Source: a virus
Taxonomy: Duplodnaviria > Caudoviricetes
Length of the DNA: 64,000 nt
Strand: one strand, 5' to 3'
IMG/VR virus record: IMGVR_UViG_3300032243_000596
Span: 10,265 to 74,264 of that record
A program made the translations under genes and the position numbers. The notes beneath the pieces were generated by a model. It worked only from the letters and a program-made list of their open reading frames with translations. It was not told the DNA's origin and ran no database searches. Each line of letters opens with the position of its first letter. Position 1 is the stretch's first letter. Below are positions 26,670 through 36,122 of the stretch, piece by piece.

Positions 26670-27446
26670 TTAAAGTTTGGCAGTAATCATAAGGTGCCAG
26701 CCAAGGGCACGTTCCATAATTTTAAATAGTTCAGGCGGCATTGCCTCAAACCACGGCTGCTTTACATATTCGTATTTAACATAGTGTTCAATATTCCAGG
26801 GAAAAATAAAGTCCTGATCCACTGAGATATCCTTAAATCCTGCGTGTCTAAACAAGGTATGCGCTTCATCTTTAGTGTAAGTTACCGCCTGGGGACAATT
26901 ATCCTGTGCTTCAGGCTGATCCCACCCTGCATCAATCAATATATTTTTCCAGCTGTTTTTGGCGTAAAGCATACACTTGACTTGCCCGTCTGGATTAAGC
27001 ATTCGGGGCAAATTGGCCACTACACGTTCAGGACGAGGTGCGTGATGGATCACACCAAAACTGTAGATTAAATCAAACTTTTCGTGCGGATCAAATACAA
27101 GATTCAATTCTTCGGCGTTGCATTCAATGAAGTCGCCTGTTAATCCAAACACTTCAAAACGTTGTCGTGCCAGTTTAATACTTTCACCGCTTAGATCCAC
27201 GCCCGTATATCGGGCACCCGCACGGGCAAAATTGGTAGCATCTGTACCTATGCCACAACCAATTTCTAAAACTCGTTTACCTGCCCAGCGATCAAACTGG
27301 GGAAAGGTATAATTGTGCGGTTCGTTGGCATAGCGTCGTGCTTCTACTTCATCAAAGTATTCTTGAGTGCCTATGGGGCTAGTACTGTGTTTGATATTAC
27401 AGGGACGATTATTCCAATATTGTCTTACTTGTTCGATGGTTACCAT
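26670..27446 (-). CDS. class I SAM-dependent methyltransferase
   Basis: [26 protein letters not shown]. Confidence 0.9.
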   Translation of the reverse strand: MVTIEQVRQYWNNRPCNIKHSTSPIGTQEYFDEVEARRYANEPHNYTFPQFDRWAGKRVLEIGCGIGTDATNFARAGARYTGVDLSGESIKLARQRFEVFGLTGDFIECNAEELNLVFDPHEKFDLIYSFGVIHHAPRPERVVANLPRMLNPDGQVKCMLYAKNSWKNILIDAGWDQPEAQDNCPQAVTYTKDEAHTLFRHAGFKDISVDQDFIFPWNIEHYVKYEYVKQPWFEAMPPELFKIMERALGWHLMITAKL

Positions 27447-28246
27447 TTGTATTGTTTACTTTCAATTGATTCTACAAAAAATTTATCTACCACATAACCT
27501 GCAGGATCAAACTCTCGTTCTATGATGGCCTGATCGTAACGTCCAGGATATCGGTGATGGTTATTATGATAGACTTCTGCTGTATTTAACACTAGCAAAA
27601 TAGGGTTATTATGACTGCCGTCGCTGGTGGCAAAGTTTCTATAACTAAAAGGCAGTCGAACGTGTACAAACCAGCGACTGAAAAAACTGTTCATTAGTAT
27701 TTCCCACACCACTGGCATCATTACAAAGAATAGGGCAAATTGCCAATCAATGATCAAACTGACTGTGATCAGTATTGCCCATATGGCCAAGTAATTATCG
27801 GTGACAAATCTGGCGTGGGGATCCTGCATCACATCATCCACTGTGGACCAACGTACCCGGCGACTTAAAAACCAACTGGGAGATCTTGTGGTCCATAAAA
27901 ATATGGTGTGCCAGAATCCATCCACAGGACTGTGCATATCGTGCTGTAAATCACTGTGCTTGTGATGATGTCTGTGTACCAATGCACTGATCGCAGGGTC
28001 TGCTTCGCCTATTAGAACACTGACCCAACATAGGAAAATGTGTTTGCGTCGTGTGGTCTTAAAACTTTTATGACTAAAGTATCTGTGTAAACCAATGCCG
28101 TTGGCAACCAGTGTTAGTATTCTATAGTATAGATATGAATACAGCAACAGGATCCACTCGTTGGATAGGTAGCAATGTATGATGCCACACACAAAAGCCA
28201 TCATACAACATATTTTTAATATGAATAGGCCTTTGGTATTGTTCAT
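27440..28246 (-). CDS. fatty acid (acyl-CoA delta-9-type) desaturase 1
   Basis: His boxes HRYFSH, HRHHH, HNNHH; transmembrane segments; start placed at the ATGA overlap. Confidence 0.85.
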   Translation of the reverse strand: MNNTKGLFILKICCMMAFVCGIIHCYLSNEWILLLYSYLYYRILTLVANGIGLHRYFSHKSFKTTRRKHIFLCWVSVLIGEADPAISALVHRHHHKHSDLQHDMHSPVDGFWHTIFLWTTRSPSWFLSRRVRWSTVDDVMQDPHARFVTDNYLAIWAILITVSLIIDWQFALFFVMMPVVWEILMNSFFSRWFVHVRLPFSYRNFATSDGSHNNPILLVLNTAEVYHNNHHRYPGRYDQAIIEREFDPAGYVVDKFFVESIESKQYKW

Positions 28247-28944
28247 CTGGTTCTTAGTTGTTGGATCCAATCCTGCAGATCTTGTTGACGTTGTGGGTGG
28301 GCGTAGTCTTCGGGATTGGTTGGGTCTTTTCCATCGGCAGCGTAACTTTGTTCTTTAAATGTTTCGTCATTGTTGCCGCCGGTCACGTCTGCACGATCGT
28401 GATAGACTTGTACTGGAATGTTACGCAATCTTCCCAGTGGTGCAGTCACATTGTATATCCACCAGTCACTGTGATTGACAGGACTGATGCAGCCAAAGAA
28501 GTCTAACCACCCTCTGGGGATGATAGGAAATAGGGCAAACGGGTGATCCATTGTGACACAAGGCATACGTAGTAGACCAAAGAAGCCGTCGTTCCGAACA
28601 ATTTCTTCGTCCCAACCTTCTGTCAGCATAAGTGCGTCATCGTTCCAGAACATAATCCAGTCACCTGTGGCCTGTTCTGCCAAAAAGTTAACGTACTTGT
28701 ACAAACGCAAGTAGCCAAAACGTTCTGTTTCAAACACTCGACTGGTTGCGCTGGACTGCGCTAGGAAAGGAGTCCATACAGTTTCAAAGAACTCTCTACT
28801 TTCTAGATCGTCATCGTCGTATGCTACTAAGATTTCGATACGGCTGGTATCAGTGGCATTGGCCAATAGACTGCCAATACTTTTGACAACTGCTTCTGTG
28901 CGCTTGCGGGTGGGTAATAAAATTGATATTTTAGGTTTTGTCAT
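28243..28944 (-). CDS. glycosyltransferase family 2
   Basis: ISILLPTRKR, VAYDDDD, IMFWNDD. Confidence 0.8.
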   Translation of the reverse strand: MTKPKISILLPTRKRTEAVVKSIGSLLANATDTSRIEILVAYDDDDLESREFFETVWTPFLAQSSATSRVFETERFGYLRLYKYVNFLAEQATGDWIMFWNDDALMLTEGWDEEIVRNDGFFGLLRMPCVTMDHPFALFPIIPRGWLDFFGCISPVNHSDWWIYNVTAPLGRLRNIPVQVYHDRADVTGGNNDETFKEQSYAADGKDPTNPEDYAHPQRQQDLQDWIQQLRTR

Positions 28945-30541
28945 TCTTGATTTGTTCGAGTTTCTCTGCTACCAGCTCTTGTTCGCTGACACTTAATTGA
29001 TCAATTTCATATTCGCCTGACTGCAATTTTTCTATTAAGAATAGTATATATTGTTCGTCGTAACTGTAGCTGTCGGTTTTGGTTTTGTCTACTTCAATCC
29101 ACTTGTCGCCAGTAAACTTGTACAGTCTATTGGGCAAGTAGTCCACACGTAGGAACATTTCTCCGCGATCCGCACCTTCGGGGAATCGTGTGCCAAAACT
29201 GCTTTTGACCGCTGTGCCTTCTATGTTATCAGCGGCCAGACTTAAATGTTTTTCATAGTGCTGTGTTTCGGGCACCGGCGCCGATTCTGTTTTTACTCGC
29301 TGTGCTGTTTCGGGAACTTTGGGAAACTTGGACACTGGCTCGGCCACATAGTCACCCGGACGATCCACAACGTCAACGTCCGCAGCAGGTATTTGGGGTT
29401 CTTCTGCCAATGGTTGGTCACTGTCCACGTGCAATTCTTCTACAGGTTCTTGGTATTCTGCTATGCGACTGGGCATAGGTTTTAAGTCATCAAAGTGTAC
29501 AAATGGTGTGAGCAAGTATGGATGCTGTTGTTGCGTGTACATCCAACCAGCAGGATGCGGGTCTTTGCCTTCCTGTTTTGCTGATTCTTTAATTTGTTCA
29601 ATCTGTTCTTCTGTCAACGGACCGTCATCCATTGGATAATCGGGCTCATTGATCTCTTCGGCAAATTCATAAATGGGATTATTTGCAGACACTGGTGGTT
29701 CAACCGGAACCACAATAGGTGTTGTATTAAACGCTTGGGTCAACTCATCTGCTTGATGGTCCAGCCAATGGGGCGGTTCCTTTTCTTCCTTTATCCATTT
29801 TATACTTTGCTGTGCGGCCAGTATTAGTACCAGTGCCAAAGGGTCAAACACTAGTACAATAATGATAATGACCAATCGTACTGCTTTTTCAAGAACACCT
29901 TGATCGGGGTTGTCTCCATAGACCAAGGCGGCAATATATTTGATGGGCCCTACTTCACTTTCTACTTTGCGGAACTCCGCACGTAAGGGCGCGGCCTCTT
30001 CGTTAAATGCTGTGATTTTCTTTTGGGCTTCTGCAATGTCCTGAGCCAGTCGGCCACGTTCTTTCTGCTGGGCTCGTCGAATGGCCACAGCTTTTTCTGC
30101 GCCTCTTTCATCCGAACTGCGACCCATAACCTGGTCCACAGATTCATCCATTTGTTTGAGAGCCTTGCGACTAGCCTCTATGTTGTCCCGCTCGATTTTA
30201 ATCTTCTCGTCATAGACAGCAACCTTGGCCATACTGTCGCCCGACACCAAACTTTGATCGCTGTGTGCTTTGCTGAGAAATCCAAAGATGCCCATACTGG
30301 TCAGTAACATTAAAAATGCCACTGCGGGCACCAGATAAAATTTATAAAGCAAACTGGCTCGGTGCCAATTCATCTTTAACCAAACTGCGGCAGTGACTTT
30401 GCCAACCTCCAAGCTGGCTCCCATAATAAGAATAGGAATAACTGCGGCTGAGAAAATAGCAGTAAGACCCACGATACTATAGTATGCGGCAACTGCACTA
30501 ATAACTAGGGCAACAAATAGAGTAAAGTATCCGAATATCAT
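28931..30541 (-). CDS. multi-TM membrane protein with coiled coil and acidic linker
   Basis: Three N-terminal TM helices, coiled coil, fourth TM helix, Pro/Glu-rich region. Confidence 0.75.
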   Translation of the reverse strand: MIFGYFTLFVALVISAVAAYYSIVGLTAIFSAAVIPILIMGASLEVGKVTAAVWLKMNWHRASLLYKFYLVPAVAFLMLLTSMGIFGFLSKAHSDQSLVSGDSMAKVAVYDEKIKIERDNIEASRKALKQMDESVDQVMGRSSDERGAEKAVAIRRAQQKERGRLAQDIAEAQKKITAFNEEAAPLRAEFRKVESEVGPIKYIAALVYGDNPDQGVLEKAVRLVIIIIVLVFDPLALVLILAAQQSIKWIKEEKEPPHWLDHQADELTQAFNTTPIVVPVEPPVSANNPIYEFAEEINEPDYPMDDGPLTEEQIEQIKESAKQEGKDPHPAGWMYTQQQHPYLLTPFVHFDDLKPMPSRIAEYQEPVEELHVDSDQPLAEEPQIPAADVDVVDRPGDYVAEPVSKFPKVPETAQRVKTESAPVPETQHYEKHLSLAADNIEGTAVKSSFGTRFPEGADRGEMFLRVDYLPNRLYKFTGDKWIEVDKTKTDSYSYDEQYILFLIEKLQSGEYEIDQLSVSEQELVAEKLEQIKNDKT

Positions 30542-30547
30542 CTTGCT

Positions 30548-30576
30548 ATTATAAAATAAAAGTCAACTGATTGCAA
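30548..30576 (-). promoter_or_regulatory. sigma70-type promoter, predicted leaderless
   Basis: TTGCAA-17-TATAAT; ATG 7 nt from the -10 box; no SD. Confidence 0.65.
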
Positions 30577-30599
30577 ATACAATTCAGCCAATTCAATAT

Positions 30600-30959
30600 T
30601 TATCGGATTTTTATTTGTTCGTTAGCAACTTGACGGTCACTGTACAATTTGCGACCTCGAACACGTATCAAATCGGCCGACCCTTGTGGATCCATTTCAA
30701 ACATTGAGCGCATATCCTCTGTGCTTATGCTGTCATCTGTGTCTATGGCATAGATCTCATAGTGCCTTTGATGGTTGAATCTGGCTCTCAGCATTAGAGC
30801 ATTGACTATATGACCCACGTCCGGATCTCTGCCATTATTCCACGGCTGGTCTTGTGTGGACTTGAGTGTGTCCCATACTTTGCGCTTTTCAATATCGCTG
30901 ATATTGACGCAGGCTTCAAGACCCAGCTGATCCCAACTGAGTACGTAAGTGTGGCTCAT
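30600..30959 (-). CDS. hypothetical protein
   Basis: 119-aa ORF, WDQLGLE motif. Confidence 0.75.
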   Translation of the reverse strand: MSHTYVLSWDQLGLEACVNISDIEKRKVWDTLKSTQDQPWNNGRDPDVGHIVNALMLRARFNHQRHYEIYAIDTDDSISTEDMRSMFEMDPQGSADLIRVRGRKLYSDRQVANEQIKIR

Positions 30960-31135
30960 AGTTGACTTTTAATACGTTGGATTAATTCATTGGCTTGTTG
31001 GTACTGATCGTCCAACAGGATTTCTTCCATAAGTTCAGCCAAGCTGGTCATATCGTAAGTCTGAGTCCAGCTTATTTTGTACAGTTCTTGGCTGTTGTTT
31101 GCCTGATCAATTTGACGTTTGCGCCACCCGCTCAT
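30956..31135 (-). CDS. hypothetical protein
   Basis: Start placed at MSGWRK. Confidence 0.55.
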   Translation of the reverse strand: MSGWRKRQIDQANNSQELYKISWTQTYDMTSLAELMEEILLDDQYQQANELIQRIKSQL

Positions 31136-31139
31136 ATGA

Positions 31140-31409
31140 TTAGTCCTTGTAGTAGTGTTTTTGCCGTGCCTGTTCTCGGCCGTCTTGTATGGCACTTTGG
31201 AATTTATGCACCATTGCCTTATAATCATCCGAGCCTTTGATGGGCCATCGGGGTCTAAAGTAGTCGGCTTCGGCCACTACACCAATCACTGCCATAAACA
31301 TACAAAAAGGAATCATTATGGGTTGATTCCAAAATATACCAAAGAACATACCCACTGTACACAATAGATACAGTAGATAAAACCCAAACTGTGCTAGTTT
31401 ATCTTTCAT
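31140..31409 (-). CDS. small two-TM membrane protein
   Basis: Two hydrophobic helices. Confidence 0.7.
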   Translation of the reverse strand: MKDKLAQFGFYLLYLLCTVGMFFGIFWNQPIMIPFCMFMAVIGVVAEADYFRPRWPIKGSDDYKAMVHKFQSAIQDGREQARQKHYYKD

Positions 31410-31699
31410 ACGATTATATCTATGTGTTTGCCTAAATATTTGGAATATTGATACAAGCCATATTCAACATTTCTTTTTACATTTAGATATCTATTAACTT
31501 CATCGATATCTTTTTTATAATTCCAATCATTCAAATGGGCACGATTAGTTTCAAGGTCTTGTTTTTTAACCTTGTAATATTCGTTTACCTTTTCTTGATG
31601 CACCTTATGCAAATGCTCAGTCTTAACTTTTTTAAGATTGTATACTGCTGAAGTATCAATAGGTGGTATTTGATTTGTATTGGGAACTTTTATATTCAT
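31406..31699 (-). CDS. hypothetical protein
   Basis: 97-aa ORF in an AT-rich stretch. Confidence 0.6.
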   Translation of the reverse strand: MNIKVPNTNQIPPIDTSAVYNLKKVKTEHLHKVHQEKVNEYYKVKKQDLETNRAHLNDWNYKKDIDEVNRYLNVKRNVEYGLYQYSKYLGKHIDIIV

Positions 31700-31867
31700 T
31701 TTTATTGGATGGTTTTAGCATCAATTATGATTACTATACCAATTAAAAAGAACATTGCGCCTTGATTAATATTGCCATTGAGCGAATCCATAACGCCCGT
31801 AATCAAGTTCATCGCGCCCACTGTGTAGCCAATCGTTCGACGGTTACGACCAAACCATTCCATAAAT

Positions 31868-32191
31868 TTAATCATTGTTTACCTTTAAGTTTAATATATC
31901 TACATCGTTGGGCAATATCTCTATGGCCAGTTCGGGCGTCTGTTCAATTATGCCGCCCAGGACCGAATGTCCGTAGCCCGTAGATCCATAGCCTCTCTTG
32001 TGACATTTATATATGCTTCCGCTGGAGCCAGCAAAAAGATAATAGTCACCTTGTTCTGTAATTCCAGTAATACCTGAATTTAACTTCCAAGAATCTCCGT
32101 AGAGGTAACTGCCTGACCAAGTGGCAAATACTCGGTAGTGTGGATCCTTGCCGTTAAGTTTGACAATTAACCATTTATTTGGTGTGTACAT
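31868..32191 (-). CDS. conserved phage hypothetical protein
   Basis: MYTPNKWLIVK...WSGSYLYGDSWKLNSGI...GSSGSIYKC. Confidence 0.75.
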   Translation of the reverse strand: MYTPNKWLIVKLNGKDPHYRVFATWSGSYLYGDSWKLNSGITGITEQGDYYLFAGSSGSIYKCHKRGYGSTGYGHSVLGGIIEQTPELAIEILPNDVDILNLKVNND

Positions 32192-32399
32192 TATCTTCAA
32201 CTCCAAAATGTTGCCGCACATACGAACCAGGGGGCGTCCACTGGTGTGCATTAATTGTGGCAATATCAGCACATTCCCGCACAATCAACTCGGCGAACTT
32301 TTCTACATCAAAGTTACTGTCTACCATAAAACGTTTTTGATCGTAGACCTGATGCCAAGCATTACATTGTAAAGCGAGTTCTTTAATTCTTTTGTTCAC
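32175..32399 (-). CDS. small protein of the MNxRI...KFAELIVxEC...HFGVE family
   Basis: MNKRIKELA...EKFAELIVREC...QHFGVE (GTG start). Confidence 0.7.
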   Translation of the reverse strand: MNKRIKELALQCNAWHQVYDQKRFMVDSNFDVEKFAELIVRECADIATINAHQWTPPGSYVRQHFGVEDNVHTK

Positions 32400-32479
32400 A
32401 TTATCACCGTTACATTGTTGCTAACCAAGTGAACATACAACGCCACTGTTACAGTCAGACAAAAAAGATAATCAATCAT
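32396..32479 (-). CDS. 27-aa hydrophobic peptide
   Basis: MIDYLFCLTVTVALYVHLVSNNVTVIM*; fills the gap and overlaps both neighbours. Confidence 0.4.
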   Translation of the reverse strand: MIDYLFCLTVTVALYVHLVSNNVTVIM

Positions 32480-32673
32480 CGCTGTACCCGTCGGCATTCA
32501 AATACGCCGGGAAACATCTTGCCTTCCCGTACCAATTGATCCATATAGGTTACCATACTAGTCCGGGTCTTTTCGCAATCTGCAATCTCCTTAAATTGAC
32601 TAATGTGTTCTATATGGAAGCCTGGAATGCCCGCCTGGGTTGTGACCAAAAAGGTAAAAATCAATTCATACAT
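32476..32673 (-). CDS. hypothetical protein
   Basis: 65-aa ORF with AAGGA RBS. Confidence 0.65.
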   Translation of the reverse strand: MYELIFTFLVTTQAGIPGFHIEHISQFKEIADCEKTRTSMVTYMDQLVREGKMFPGVFECRRVQR

Positions 32674-32887
32674 CTGTCATTTCCTTAGTCAAGCACGTAG
32701 CCGCATCATCATATCCATTGTCAACAAGTTTTTGAATACATTCTTTTACACTTAGTCTGTGCATTTCCTGTACAGCAAAGCCTGCAAAAACATTGTCAAC
32801 ATCACTGACCCGATAGTCTACGGCTTTACACTTTTCAAAGGCCGTACTGTACGAGGTCATAGCAAGTTGTTTAATTAGGGTATTCAT
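32666..32887 (-). CDS. small protein, divergent member of the same family
   Basis: MNTLIKQLA...LSVKECI. Confidence 0.6.
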   Translation of the reverse strand: MNTLIKQLAMTSYSTAFEKCKAVDYRVSDVDNVFAGFAVQEMHRLSVKECIQKLVDNGYDDAATCLTKEMTDV

Positions 32888-33004
32888 TTAATAATTCCAT
32901 AAAGCATATACAAACACAGAAACAGCAACAATCATTATGCCGGGTTGTATTACACAATACACAAGAAACGGTATAATAAAATCTGGGTCTAAATATTTGC
33001 TCAT
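32888..33004 (-). CDS. 38-aa membrane peptide
   Basis: MSKYLDPDFIIPFLVYCVIQPGIMIVAVSVFVYALWNY*; ATGA-coupled. Confidence 0.55.
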   Translation of the reverse strand: MSKYLDPDFIIPFLVYCVIQPGIMIVAVSVFVYALWNY

Positions 33005-33222
33005 TCTTCAACTCCGAATGATTTTTTGTATAAATCTAATTCTTTAGTTGGAACCCATTCTTCAACTGGATCTTTACTATTAGATTTCATACGCAAGTAT
33101 GAATAGTCAGAAAAATCAAACTTCCCATTGTTTCGTTGAACAGACAGGACAATTTCAATAGGATTGCCTGTGCTATCTGTTCTCGGTCCTCTGACCAATA
33201 TAAAATCTGTTTGTGGTATCAT
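33001..33222 (-). CDS. hypothetical protein
   Basis: 73-aa ORF ending SFGVEE. Confidence 0.6.
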   Translation of the reverse strand: MIPQTDFILVRGPRTDSTGNPIEIVLSVQRNNGKFDFSDYSYLRMKSNSKDPVEEWVPTKELDLYKKSFGVEE

Positions 33223-33470
33223 TTTGTAACTCCAAAGTGTTCTTTCAATTCTTCACCTAAGTCTTGTATCAACCTAGTGTGAATATCGTAAATATCTTCC
33301 CACTTGGCTGAATGTCCAGGAACCAAATCATATGTTGTAATCTTTTCAATACATTCCTCTACAATCAACTCGGCGAACTTTACAGGATCCAATTCACCAG
33401 CAACATAATCACCATTGCCTTCTAAAATGATTGCTTGGTCATACAGTTCTTGAATTCGTTCGTTCATCAT
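33219..33470 (-). CDS. small protein of the HFGVE family
   Basis: MNERIQELY...KFAELIVEECI...EHFGVTK. Confidence 0.7.
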   Translation of the reverse strand: MMNERIQELYDQAIILEGNGDYVAGELDPVKFAELIVEECIEKITTYDLVPGHSAKWEDIYDIHTRLIQDLGEELKEHFGVTK

Positions 33471-33688
33471 TCAACCTCAAAATGTTTCTTAATGTGTTTT
33501 GCTACAGTATAGCCTTGCCCTATTGTAAGTCCGTCATAGTGATATGCAGTGTCAGCACACTCATTGACCAACAACTTGGCAAAATGATCTGCAAATTTTT
33601 GCAAGTCTTGGTAAGTCATCTCCGTCCACGTATGGCTAAACTTGTCATCTAACGTCTTATCAAATAATTTCTTAGCGATCGAATTCAC
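33467..33688 (-). CDS. small protein of the HFGVE family
   Basis: GTG start, (M)NSIAKKLF...HFAKLLVNECA...KHFEVE; start uncertain. Confidence 0.6.
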   Translation of the reverse strand: MNSIAKKLFDKTLDDKFSHTWTEMTYQDLQKFADHFAKLLVNECADTAYHYDGLTIGQGYTVAKHIKKHFEVE

Positions 33689-33914
33689 AGTATTCTTTCT
33701 GGGGAGCATAGCCCTTGTAGTACTCAGCCATTTCGTCAAGCTCGAGATCTGTTGGTGCCGGTTCTTGGGGCATTTCGTCCATTGCTTCCATCTGCTCCAG
33801 CACGTCATAGACCAGTTCAGTGTCGATGCCTAAGGTACGAGCTATTGTAGCAGGAAACGTTCCTTTTTGCAATTCTTTTTGAATATCATAATAAAGTTCG
33901 CTCATCGTACTCAT
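33672..33914 (-). CDS. hypothetical protein, possible HTH
   Basis: PATIARTLGIDTELVYDVL. Confidence 0.6.
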   Translation of the reverse strand: MSTMSELYYDIQKELQKGTFPATIARTLGIDTELVYDVLEQMEAMDEMPQEPAPTDLELDEMAEYYKGYAPQKEYCEFDR

Positions 33915-33915
33915 A

Positions 33916-34149
33916 TCAAGTGTCCTTTTGATTTAGAAAAAACATTGTTAAATCGGTGCCTTCAACTCTCACCAGTTCAGCACCTTGTTGCAAAATATTT
34001 TGCCAGGACTCATCGCCCCACTTGACTTCAACTCTACCTGTAACAGTAAATTTGTCAACCTGCCCCAATTTAAATTCTCTGTGATTGGGACGAATAAAGA
34101 CCACATTGTCGCCAATGTTCAAGTCCCGGCCTAGATAATCTCGAGTCAT
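33916..34149 (-). CDS. hypothetical protein (SH3/KOW-like)
   Basis: DYLGRDLNIGDNVVF. Confidence 0.65.
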   Translation of the reverse strand: MTRDYLGRDLNIGDNVVFIRPNHREFKLGQVDKFTVTGRVEVKWGDESWQNILQQGAELVRVEGTDLTMFFLNQKDT

Positions 34150-34152
34150 CAG

Positions 34153-34527
34153 TCAAGCGTGAGCCACAAGATAACGATAGGGCAAGCCCAACAAGAAGCA
34201 AAGGTACTCGTCGTCACCATTGCTACCTTCTGCTTCGTGGAACCAACGGATGGCCGTTTGGCGTGTCTTAGCACCCGACTGGATAAAGCTGGTGACCTGC
34301 GCTTCGAAACGCTCTACAGCCTTAGCTTCACTGGCCAACTGCTCTTTGTAGTTGGCTTCAATGGTCCGGCCCAACTGAACGAACTCAGCTTCAAACTGGC
34401 TCTCTGTCCAAAGGGTAGTATCAACACCGCGGGGGCGAACGCCATAGGCATCCTTGTACATATCCGAGTATTGGCAAGCATATTGCTCTAGCACGGACAT
34501 CTCTTCCCACGTTTTAAATGCTTCCAT
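34153..34527 (-). CDS. hypothetical protein
   Basis: Start placed at MEAFKTW after AAGGAG; YSDMYKDAYGVRPR. Confidence 0.7.
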   Translation of the reverse strand: MEAFKTWEEMSVLEQYACQYSDMYKDAYGVRPRGVDTTLWTESQFEAEFVQLGRTIEANYKEQLASEAKAVERFEAQVTSFIQSGAKTRQTAIRWFHEAEGSNGDDEYLCFLLGLPYRYLVAHA

Positions 34528-34557
34528 TGCTCGCTCCTTTTGTGTCTGTATGCCAGT

Positions 34558-34603
34558 ATTATAATGCCAATTTGAATTTCGTGCAACCAAAAATTTGTAG
34601 TAC
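34558..34603 (-). promoter_or_regulatory. sigma70-type promoter with one GTAnTAC heptad
   Basis: TTGCAC-17-TATAAT; GTAGTAC at 34597. Confidence 0.65.
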
Positions 34604-34918
34604 TTAATACTGATTCAGTGCAGGGCACAATTCAGCAATCAAACCACGTTCCATATTATGGGCGTCTTTGCGACCGCGTATGGTGGCAATGACTTCCATT
34701 TCAAATGCTTCTGCGCCGTGAGCACGTATGCTACGGCACAGGTTCCAATCTTTGCCCTCTGTGAGCGCACGACGAACGTGTTTTTGGAAACGCACTTTAA
34801 TGGCTTTTTTGATTTGTTGGGCACAAACTGTAATACCTATGTAGTACTCGCCGGTGTTAGTGTTGGCTAACATATAAACAGCGTGTTTGCGATCTTGTCT
34901 GGCTTTGCGTTTCATCAT
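34604..34918 (-). CDS. GIY-YIG nuclease family protein
   Basis: AVYMLANTNTGEYYIGIT...RFQKH...HNMERGLI; start placed at MMKRK. Confidence 0.75.
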   Translation of the reverse strand: MMKRKARQDRKHAVYMLANTNTGEYYIGITVCAQQIKKAIKVRFQKHVRRALTEGKDWNLCRSIRAHGAEAFEMEVIATIRGRKDAHNMERGLIAELCPALNQY

Positions 34919-34924
34919 AATGAT

Positions 34925-35002
34925 ATTATAACACCAAAATGAATAATGAGCAATACCCCTACAAAATGGTTGGGTATTACACAAGTAATACTTGAGTACT
35001 AC
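34925..35002 (-). promoter_or_regulatory. sigma70-type promoter (leaderless) with triple GTAnTAC array
   Basis: TTGCTC-17-TATAAT; ATG 7 nt from the -10 box; heptads at 34974, 34985, 34996. Confidence 0.75.
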
Positions 35003-35256
35003 TTTTTGGACCCGCTTTTTAGTACTACTTTGGTTTTAGTTTTTTTCGGGGCGAATTCTTGCTCGGTATAGTACTCAACAAGTTTATATCTGATATTGGC
35101 GGGTAGATCAGTGTGGGGTTCTTCTAGAATAAATTGCCAACTGCACTTGCGCCAACTTTTTAATTTTAGAAAATCATAGTATGCACGTCTGTGTCCACTA
35201 TTGGCAGGGTCAAAAACAGCGTGGGGCTTGTTGCCCAGTAACCAAGTTTTTAACAT
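34999..35256 (-). CDS. hypothetical protein
   Basis: 85-aa ORF. Confidence 0.7.
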   Translation of the reverse strand: MLKTWLLGNKPHAVFDPANSGHRRAYYDFLKLKSWRKCSWQFILEEPHTDLPANIRYKLVEYYTEQEFAPKKTKTKVVLKSGSKK

Positions 35257-35259
35257 AAT

Positions 35260-35469
35260 TTAATGTACAGTTTCGTTGTCAAATTCAGTTATGCCAAAAA
35301 CGTTCATAACTCGTTGTACACGCTCGGGTGTTTCCATTGTGGACTCTTCGGGCAACAGTACGCTTTTTAAATTGCCCTTGGCATCTACTACAAAGATGTA
35401 ATCTCCTTCGGCTATGCTGTCGACGAAATCATCTTCATTTAGTGTTGGACTTGTTGGGGTAGGTCTCAT
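35260..35469 (-). CDS. hypothetical protein
   Basis: 69-aa acidic ORF. Confidence 0.65.
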   Translation of the reverse strand: MRPTPTSPTLNEDDFVDSIAEGDYIFVVDAKGNLKSVLLPEESTMETPERVQRVMNVFGITEFDNETVH

Positions 35470-36121
35470 TGTATTGTCGCTCCAAAAGTTTATAATAACG
35501 CTGTGCTCGCTTTTCTAATTTTAACACCACAGGACTCTTTTTGTCAAAGACCCTAGTATATGTTTTGTAAACACGAGTGCGTTCAATATCAGTGGGTTGA
35601 ATCTCTATTGGGTTAAAAGAATCAATTGCCATTTCGGCCGCCGCAATATAAGCATAAGCGTCGACTTCGTCGTTGTCCCCGTAGTATTCTTCTTGCTCTT
35701 TCAAACGGGGGTGTGGGTTATAACTTTTGTAAGGTTTGGGCCACTTGAAATCTCTGCGTCTAAACTGATGCAGGTGTACATACTCGTGACCCAAAATGTT
35801 GGCAAAGTCCACGCACAATTCACTCCAGTGATTGCGACTCATATCAGACTCATCAAAAGTAAATGTGGGTTTCTTTTTAGGAAATTGAATTTCAATTTCA
35901 ATGGGTTTTGAATGACCTTCTTCGTCTAGTTCGGAGTCGTAAACACCAGCAACTTCTAACTCATTACTGGCAATACTCAAAGATCTATTGCTTATGATTT
36001 TACAATCAGGGTAAGTAACTACTGCACGTATTTTTTTAAGTATAACTGTTTGATCAACAGTTTGACCCGCTAACCGATCGTAGATATGGTAAAGTTTGCT
36101 CAGCAGTTGGAAGTAGTTCAT
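35435..36121 (-). CDS. HExxH zinc-metallopeptidase-like protein
   Basis: ILGHEYVHLHQ...YYGDNDEVDAYA. Confidence 0.6.
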   Translation of the reverse strand: MNYFQLLSKLYHIYDRLAGQTVDQTVILKKIRAVVTYPDCKIISNRSLSIASNELEVAGVYDSELDEEGHSKPIEIEIQFPKKKPTFTFDESDMSRNHWSELCVDFANILGHEYVHLHQFRRRDFKWPKPYKSYNPHPRLKEQEEYYGDNDEVDAYAYIAAAEMAIDSFNPIEIQPTDIERTRVYKTYTRVFDKKSPVVLKLEKRAQRYYKLLERQYNETYPNKSNTK

Positions 36122-36122
36122 T

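Noticed and set aside
34604-34918. GIY-YIG gene as an intron-encoded homing endonuclease
   Set aside because: It has its own promoter, interrupts no gene, and shows no group I intron features; nrdA and nrdB are also uninterrupted.
2630-35002. GTAnTAC arrays as known host boxes (NtcA GTA-N8-TAC, Pho box, LexA)
   Set aside because: The outer GTA...TAC spacing is N12, not N8, and the heptad does not match the Pho or proteobacterial LexA consensus. Kept as an unknown operator.
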